Assembly (NCBI GenBank): GCA_001179505.1
Contig: CDMY01000544.1
Span: 1 to 54,731 of the forward strand
Reading direction: 5' to 3'
Source: Vitrella brassicaformis CCMP3155
Lineage: Eukaryota; Protista; Chromerida
DNA length: 54,731 nt
The translations under genes and the position numbers were made by a program. Positions 48,157 through 54,731 of this stretch are shown here, piece by piece; position 1 is the stretch's first letter, and each line of letters begins with the position of its first letter. The notes below the pieces were generated by a model. It was not told where the DNA came from. It ran no database searches and saw only the letters and a list, made by a program, of their open reading frames with translations.

Positions 48157-50711
48157 ATCTTTGTTTGGCTGCCTGGCTCACTGACAGTATGAGTGGTCCG
48201 ACGGCTGGGTGCAGGCTGGCGGTTTGGAGGAGGCGCAGGGCGAAGAGCAGCGCGACGACTATGCCCGAGCCGACCTCTGCTTCTGAGGACCACCCGATGA
48301 AGTGGATAACAATGAAGACAGCGATTGACACCGCCGCAGCACAGTCGATGGTATTCCTTTGTCCCATGCACACCGACAGCACACAAATCAGGCCACCATC
48401 CCGGTTGGCTCTGCACCCCTGACGCGTACCATGAGTCGGCCCAGTAAGCTGCCTTGAGGCGGATGCCCTGCACACACATGAAGCATGGTGCATGTCATCG
48501 TTTCTCAGTCTTCTCGTCGGCTGTCTTACCTGGAAGGCCTCCGTACGACGAAGCCGCCGCCCGTCAGCACCGCACCCCACAGCCACACCGCCGGCCACAC
48601 CCCCGCTATCATCACATCGCTGTCTCCCTTGATTGACTCGATGTGCAGCAGCACAAAGGCCACCCTGACAACACACACAGAGAAGAGATGCCATGCGTTC
48701 TCTTTTTTCCCCGTAGTGCCCGCATAGCCTTACATCAGCAGCATTGACAGCACGCGGGTAGTGAAGACATCGCGGGGCGCAAGCTCAATCCCCACAGGTT
48801 GCCAATGCTCGATGACGAGAGAGATGCAGTTGGCTATCACAATCATTGGCAGCGGAAGGAAAGGAGGAGATATTAACGGAAAGAACGAGAAGGAGATCTC
48901 TTGTGTGTGTTACCTTGGGTGACAACAGTGAGGGGCTTCGCCGATTCAAGCAGCGCAAGCCACTCTCTCTCTTTGGCTCGAAGTGACTGTTCAAAGTCCC
49001 CTTTGCTGGTATCGCTGCAGAAGTTGGCTATGAGTGCCTGCATGAATCCAATCAAATGAAGAATGTAGGCGTGTGTGTTTTCCCTTGTTGATTACTTCCT
49101 GCCGGTCCGCAATGGTCCCGAGGTCACTGCAAGTACTCACACAGACATGCAGGTGTTCTCATTGTGTTGCTCCCCTTCAGTGCAATCGTACTCTGTGAGG
49201 GAGTCCTTCTATCGTGTCCGCATCATCTTCCGGAAGAAGGCACAGCAGCGAAGGCAGTCGAGGCCCGGCGACTCAGAGTGGTCCTTCAGGAATGACTTCG
49301 TGAAGGGCACCACCTCCTTAAGATCCTGAGCGCCCAGATCTTCCATTTTCGCGCCTCGCTCGAGCAGCTTCACAGCCACGTCTCCCGCGATGACAGCCAT
49401 CACAGCGAGGACTTTCAGCTTCGTCTTTTCGAGGGCACGATCGAGAGGCGTGTTTCCGTCCTGTCAGAGCCATAAGCGGGGACAGTTCAGGAACGAGGGT
49501 CGATAGATGGCAGCCTACGTCGTTTTTTGTCTTCAAGAGCTGTGGGTCCACCCTCAACATCCACTTCACGACATCGGTATGGCCCAAGCCTGCGGGAGAG
49601 ACACGTTGAAGACTCATGCACTTGTGTGGCTGTCACTTGCAGGAGTGACTGACCTACTGCCCAATGAAGAGGCGTGTGGCCACCCTACATCCACAGCATG
49701 AAAGAGACACATGCTGTTCAATGCACAAGTCGAGATTCCCTCGTCCTTACGTCGTCCCGGGCCTCCAGCAGTTCCTTTCCGCCCCACTCGACAAACTTCT
49801 CCACAACACCAACTGACCCCGTCTCTGCTGCGTAGTGAAGAGGCGTCCTGCCAAGCTGAATCAGACACAATGAAGATACGAGTGAAGACATCGATCGGCT
49901 GATGACAGAATGAGTGTCATTGCTGAGAACGATACGTAGCCTTTCAGGTTGAGCAGGTGGCGTCGGTTGTCCAGCAGCACCTCAAACACCGCCACATCCT
50001 TACACTCCCCTGAGAAGCACACACAGGGGGCACGCCATCATCTGTGTGTTGTGGTGCGACGAGGCGTACGTGCGGCGTCATGGATGGCAGACCCCCAAGT
50101 CCACTCTCCAGTCGTCAGCACTTTCTCGGTTTGCTCAGGCGACAGACCGTCGAGGGCCTTCCGCAGGTCCTCCGCATCTGACTCTCGGATGGCCTTCTTG
50201 ATGCTGTCTCTCAGTGCCAGTTGGGTCGGTTTCCCATCGTCGGCGGCCGGGGCGCCCACCAAGGGGACCTGCAGATGACGCACAGACGTCCGAGAGGCCT
50301 CAGACTCGACTGACACCAATTCACCTGCTCGAGGCGTCTCGGTGCCTTGGTGATGCCATCGGTGACGTCGGGCAGCTGGGGCTCCATCAGCCCTTGGCCA
50401 TCGTCCAGCAGCAGAGGAATGTGCTCACTCGAGGCCGACGCCATCTGCAGTGGACAGACGGACACAGACACCACTCCTCAGAGGCAGCCGCTGGCCACTG
50501 TGCAACGAGGGCATTGCAGGGTGACCTTGGGATGGTCTGTCTGTATGTGGTGGATGGCCTGCTGTGCGGCAGCGTCGCCCTCGTCGACCCTCGGCAGCTG
50601 GATGTAGCACGCCTCATCAACACCACTGGGGCGTCTGTGGCCGTCTCTCACACTGCCGCCCTCCTGGCCCTGCACACGGGGGCTGCGGTGCGTGCGCAAC
50701 AAAGCCAACAT
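46582..50711 (-). pseudogene. Ankyrin-repeat TRP-like channel, copy C (in-frame TAG at 49209-49211)
   Basis: Ankyrins are LGRTPLHYAA, GGHTPLHWAV and DGNTPLDRA. TR-TAG-KDSLT corresponds to SR-CAG-KDSLT in copy A. The TM region reads in frame. Confidence 0.8.
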
Positions 50712-51005
50712 CCCGCACTTGGCACGAATCTGCTGAGACTCGAAACGCCCGCCCCCGGCGGCCCCCGTGATTCCCGGAAAACAACGCCAATCGGCTGAGC
50801 TACCGACCTTCGTCTCATTAAACACAATAACCAACCAACCGACCTTGGCACCTCCGCGTGTCAGGTACGTCGAGAGAGGCACACCAAGCCATAGGAAGGC
50901 ATATCTATCCACCACATTCATAGATCCTTGCGCGTGTGTGCTGGTGCAGCATCACACCTTTGGCTGCCCCATTTTGGCTGTGCCTCATCGGCCCGTCTGT
51001 CGGCC

Positions 51006-52882
51006 ATGTCGGAGATGATTGACGAGGCGACTGGCCGCTACAGCGAGTACAAGGCCGTCAACGAGTTTCACAAGCAGGTGGCACGTGCCGGTGAACAACT
51101 CAGGAATCTGCGCGAAAGCATCAAGAAGACCGAGAAGGACATCCACGAAGCCAGGGAGAAGCATGCTGCGTCCGATCCATCAGCTTCTTCGCCTGATGAT
51201 GTTCTGCTTCTCAATGTGGGCGGCACTGAGATGAGTGTCAAGCGCAAGCACATGACGGAGGGAGTAGGGGTGGAGGGCACGCTGCTGGCAGCACTCTTCG
51301 CGGGCTGCTGGGACAGCCGATTCATCAAGATCAACGACAATGGCAAGACGACCAAGGAAGCTCCAGTAAGAGCCTGGGAGGGCTGATTGGCTTGTGGCCA
51401 TGAGTTCGTGTATCTTTGTGTGTGTGGTAGATTTTCGTTGATATCGATACTGGTCCGTTTAAGTTCATCCACAGGGCCATATTGGACGCGGCGACGATCC
51501 GGAGCGCCACCGTCCGGACGGCTAACACGCAGGCCTCCGTCAGCCACCTGCTCGAAGACGCCAGAAGACGCAACTTCACTGGTGAGTGGGCAAAGTGAGA
51601 GGGAGAGGTTTTCTTGTTCGTTTGTCCATCTCTCTCTCTCTCTCACTCTCTCTCTGTGCTGGGTGTGTGCCAACAGGGCTTCACGATTTCTGGATCAAGA
51701 AGATGCTGTCACCAATCGACTCGGCTGCTGCAGGAACCACTGGTGACGTCACTAATCCACGGCTGTCGGCCACTGGCACCCCCGATGAGCTGAATGACTT
51801 CGTCAAGGCGGCCGATGCCTTCGTCAAGGCGTTCGCCGCTGAGAAGGCCCGGCTGGAGGGCGAGCTGGTGGCTGCCAAGCGACGATATGATAATCTCGAC
51901 AACGAAATCAAGGTGACTGACGATTAGAAAGCAGCGGCAAGAGGAGGAGCCACGTATACCTCCGATGCTCTGCCTGCCTATGTGTCTGTGTGTGTGCATC
52001 AGGCCGTCACACCGTTTCTGCGACCTGTGAATGGCGAAGATCCGATCCGCTCCGTGAAGGTCTGTGGAGAGAGCATCGGCACCACACAGTCCACCGTCGA
52101 CGAAATGCCTGACAAACTTCGGAACCGCTTTGACATGTAAGCGCCCAGCAGACACCCAATACACGACGGTCCACCAGTGTTTTGGCTGTGGTGTGTAGGT
52201 GGTCGCGACCAGTGGAGGACGTTCAGCCCGACCACATCAGCCGCATGGTCGATCACTTCCGTCGCAAACGGGTCGGCGCGTCGGCGGCCGACATGGCTGT
52301 GGTGCTCACGATGGCCGATGCCACAGAGCAAGATGCGTTTGATATCAATGCGTTTATGTATGGCCTCACCGACGAGAGCCCCAAAGCCAGCAAAGCACAT
52401 CAGACATTGTGAGTAGGACGAGGAAGCACAGGCACTCATGTGATGATTGTGTGCACTGTTGATCGTTCAGCGGTGGCCTCGGGCAAGTGCCATCCATGCA
52501 GCAGCGACAGTAAGACACCAACAACACACTGCACTCGTGTCTTCACTCACTGTGTTGTCTGTCACTGCTCAGTTTTGGCTTCGCGCAGATGTCGAATGGA
52601 GTGCAGTACAAAATCGTGCAGCAGGGCAGTGGGCCCAAACCGACACGTGACCAGTGCGTCAAGGTCGACTACATGGGGTGGAGTGACGACTTCGACGGAC
52701 AAGACAAGACATTTGGTCGCCGTGGGCTGGAGTGTCGTGTGTCTACCTTTGTTGCTGAGTGGCTCCAGGAGGTCTTCACTGACATGCGTGTGGGTGAGGT
52801 GCGGCGGGTCATCCTGCCGGCCAGACTCAGCAAGAAAGAGGAGGAGGTTTTCATCGAGTGCAGGCTCTTGGCCATCCTGTGA
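51006..52882 (+). CDS. Coiled coil-BTB/POZ-coiled coil-BTB-like-FKBP-like fusion protein, apparently intact
   Basis: Seven exons join in frame. Motifs are VLLLNVGGTEMSV, IFVDID, VKVCGESIGTTQST and the FKBP-like MSNGVQYKIVQQGSG..VKVDYMG..DMRVGEVRRVILP..VFIECRLLAIL. Confidence 0.82.
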
Positions 52883-53827
52883 GCACTGTCTCCTGGTGTG
52901 CTCCGTGTGCGTCTGTGGCGGTGAGGCACCATCCATCCAGCTGTCATTTCGGATTTTTGTAGCCAGCTGCTTGGTCGTGTCTATGGTGGTATGGGGTGTG
53001 CGCGCCTTGGCTGCTGCGTACATCCACACACACTTCCATAATCCATGCATCAGTCCATTGGGTGTGGTGTAGTCGCTTTATCTTTCGGCGACCGATGGAG
53101 GTAATGTGATGTGATGTGTCGCTACAATGACTGAGAGGCCGGCTGGTTCGGTCATCCAGCAGTACTGTCTATGTATCTGTCGGTGAGTTGCGGTTTATTT
53201 TATTGAGTGCGTGTGTGCACAGTGGGGAGATGCATGGCGAGGATTTCGATGGTTTCAATCAATCGATGAACGGGTGCGTCACACCACACTGACGGGTCAG
53301 TCAGCCGAAGACCATGCATACATCGAGACAGCTAAACATCCTGTGAGTCAGAGTCACTCTGAGGCCTGGCTACTAGATGGGCTACTAGATGCAGCTGGCT
53401 GTTTTTTCTTGACTGACCTCTTCGTGTTGTTAGCTGACTTTCACTTTCTCAATGCTGCGCGCCTCTCATGGGTCAGGCGCTTCCTCAGTGTGTGGTTAGT
53501 ACGAACATCAGACAGACCCACCAAGTCTCTATATTCTCGTGAGACCCAATATACAACATCAACACACCATGACAAATAAAAGGGAATCAGACGCACATGG
53601 AGGGGCCCACAAGTGTACCAGAACTGTCTCACTTCACCAAGCACACTGATGCAGACGTGTAGGCCACGCAGAAGAGAAGGCCACGCAACACGCACACGAG
53701 ACTGACAACGGGAACACTCACCCGCAGCAGGTGGCCATGAGAAAACTCATATGTGCAAAAATGACAGCTCCCACAAAATATGTAAAAGACCCTCAGAAAA
53801 CCGCCGCAGCACACCAGGAGACAGTGC

Positions 53828-54155
53828 TCACAGAATGGCCAAGAGACTATGCTCGATGTACACCTCCTTCCCACTGGTGCTCAGTGTGGCCGGCAGGACA
53901 AGTCGCCGCACCTCACCCACACGCATGTCAGTGAAGCCCTCCTGCCACCACTCAACAAAGCCGCCAGACACACATAACACCAGCCCACGGTACTCGCCTA
54001 TCTTGTCTTGTCCGTCGAAGTCGTCACGCCAGTAAATGGCGTCGAACTTGACGGTCTGCTTACGCGTCGGTTTGGGTCCACTGCCCTGCCGCACCACTCG
54101 GAAGTGCGCTCCAGACGGCAACCGAATGAACACCTCACCGCCGCCGCCTTGGCGA
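53828..54155 (-). other. Isolated FKBP-like exon, inverted paralog of 52589-52882 (5'-truncated gene or small CDS)
   Basis: LPSGAHFRVVRQGSGPKPT..DDFDGQDK..FTDMRVGEVRRLVLP..LLAIL. The 3' flank GAGCACTGTCTCCTGGTGTGCT is shared with the 52882 copy. Confidence 0.75.
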
Positions 54156-54156
54156 T

Positions 54157-54309
54157 GCGGTGTTATGTGTGTCTGAATTTGCTGAGTGGTGGCAGGAGGT
54201 CGTCACTGACATGCGTGTGAGTGAGGTGCGGCGATGCATCCTGCCGGCCGGACTAGGCGGTAGAAATGAGCTGTATGTTGAGTATACGTTGCTGTCCATT
54301 ACGTCTTAA
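54157..54309 (+). pseudogene. C-terminal FKBP-like fragment abutting the inverted copy
   Basis: AVLCVSEFAEWWQEVVTDMRVSEVRRCILPAGL..YVEYTLLSITS-TAA, with no N-terminal half. Confidence 0.7.
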
Positions 54310-54731
54310 GGGGCGGACGAAATTTGTGTGCGCTATAGGAGATTATCACTAATGCGAGTGTGGGTGAGAGCCAGACTGAGTGTCATCGGAAAAGATGTGT
54401 GTGAGTGAGCCTGTTGTCAGGATTGCCAGCTTGGCAAGACGGACCACTGCGAGCTTGTGAGCTAGGGTAGATTGCTGTGTAACGGAGAGAGAGAGGAGAA
54501 GACAAGGAAAGACAAGGAAAGCATTCTGAGGAGACACGATCTTATCAGCCATCACCGAAGTGAGATCTGTGTTGACCACCCTACATGATGCCATACATGG
54601 ACAGAAACAACTTTGACTGATTGGCCAGTCCATCGGTCTTATTAAAGTAAAAGCACTCTTACTCTGGGACTTACCGCCCAGCAGATCCTCTATTCAGCTA
54701 ACTACAGGAAAGGTCCTCACCGGCCTTTTCG

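Noticed and set aside
38061-49211. Genome-wide UAG reassignment to explain the TRP stops
   Set aside because: Other genes here end properly in TAG (1249-1251, 41769, and the TRP copies themselves), and the two TAGs replace different residues (W and Q).

Overview
This is a eukaryotic, GC-rich, intron-dense window. Short GT-AG introns are packed with (GT)n/(GA)n/(GGAT)n microsatellites. That style, a bipartite plastid leader and the gene content suggest a chromerid alveolate such as Vitrella brassicaformis (inference). The ORF track is therefore mostly exon fragments and antisense shadows, and genes below were assembled by hand from exons. Single-copy housekeeping genes are malate synthase (C-terminal AKL, PTS1), an ADCK2/ABC1 kinase, SepSecS, lipase maturation factor, exosome Mtr3/Rrp41-like and a MORN-repeat protein. 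They are interleaved with members of expanded families, several of them disabled: three ankyrin-repeat TRP-like channel paralogs (each with its own lesion), two BTB-BTB-FKBP genes (one pseudogene) plus inverted FKBP pieces, two F-box-family genes, a frameshifted BTB gene and a tandem pair of dispanin/CD225-like membrane proteins. The top leads are three. (1) A 29-nt telomere-like motif shared by unrelated genes straddles a 5'-UTR exon/intron junction, with the donor inside a hairpin. (2) The BTB-BTB-FKBP fusion is accompanied by an inverted FKBP cluster. (3) Two TRP copies carry independent TAG codons 14 codons apart at the ankyrin/channel boundary. No tRNA, rRNA, CRISPR array or recognisable transposase was found.
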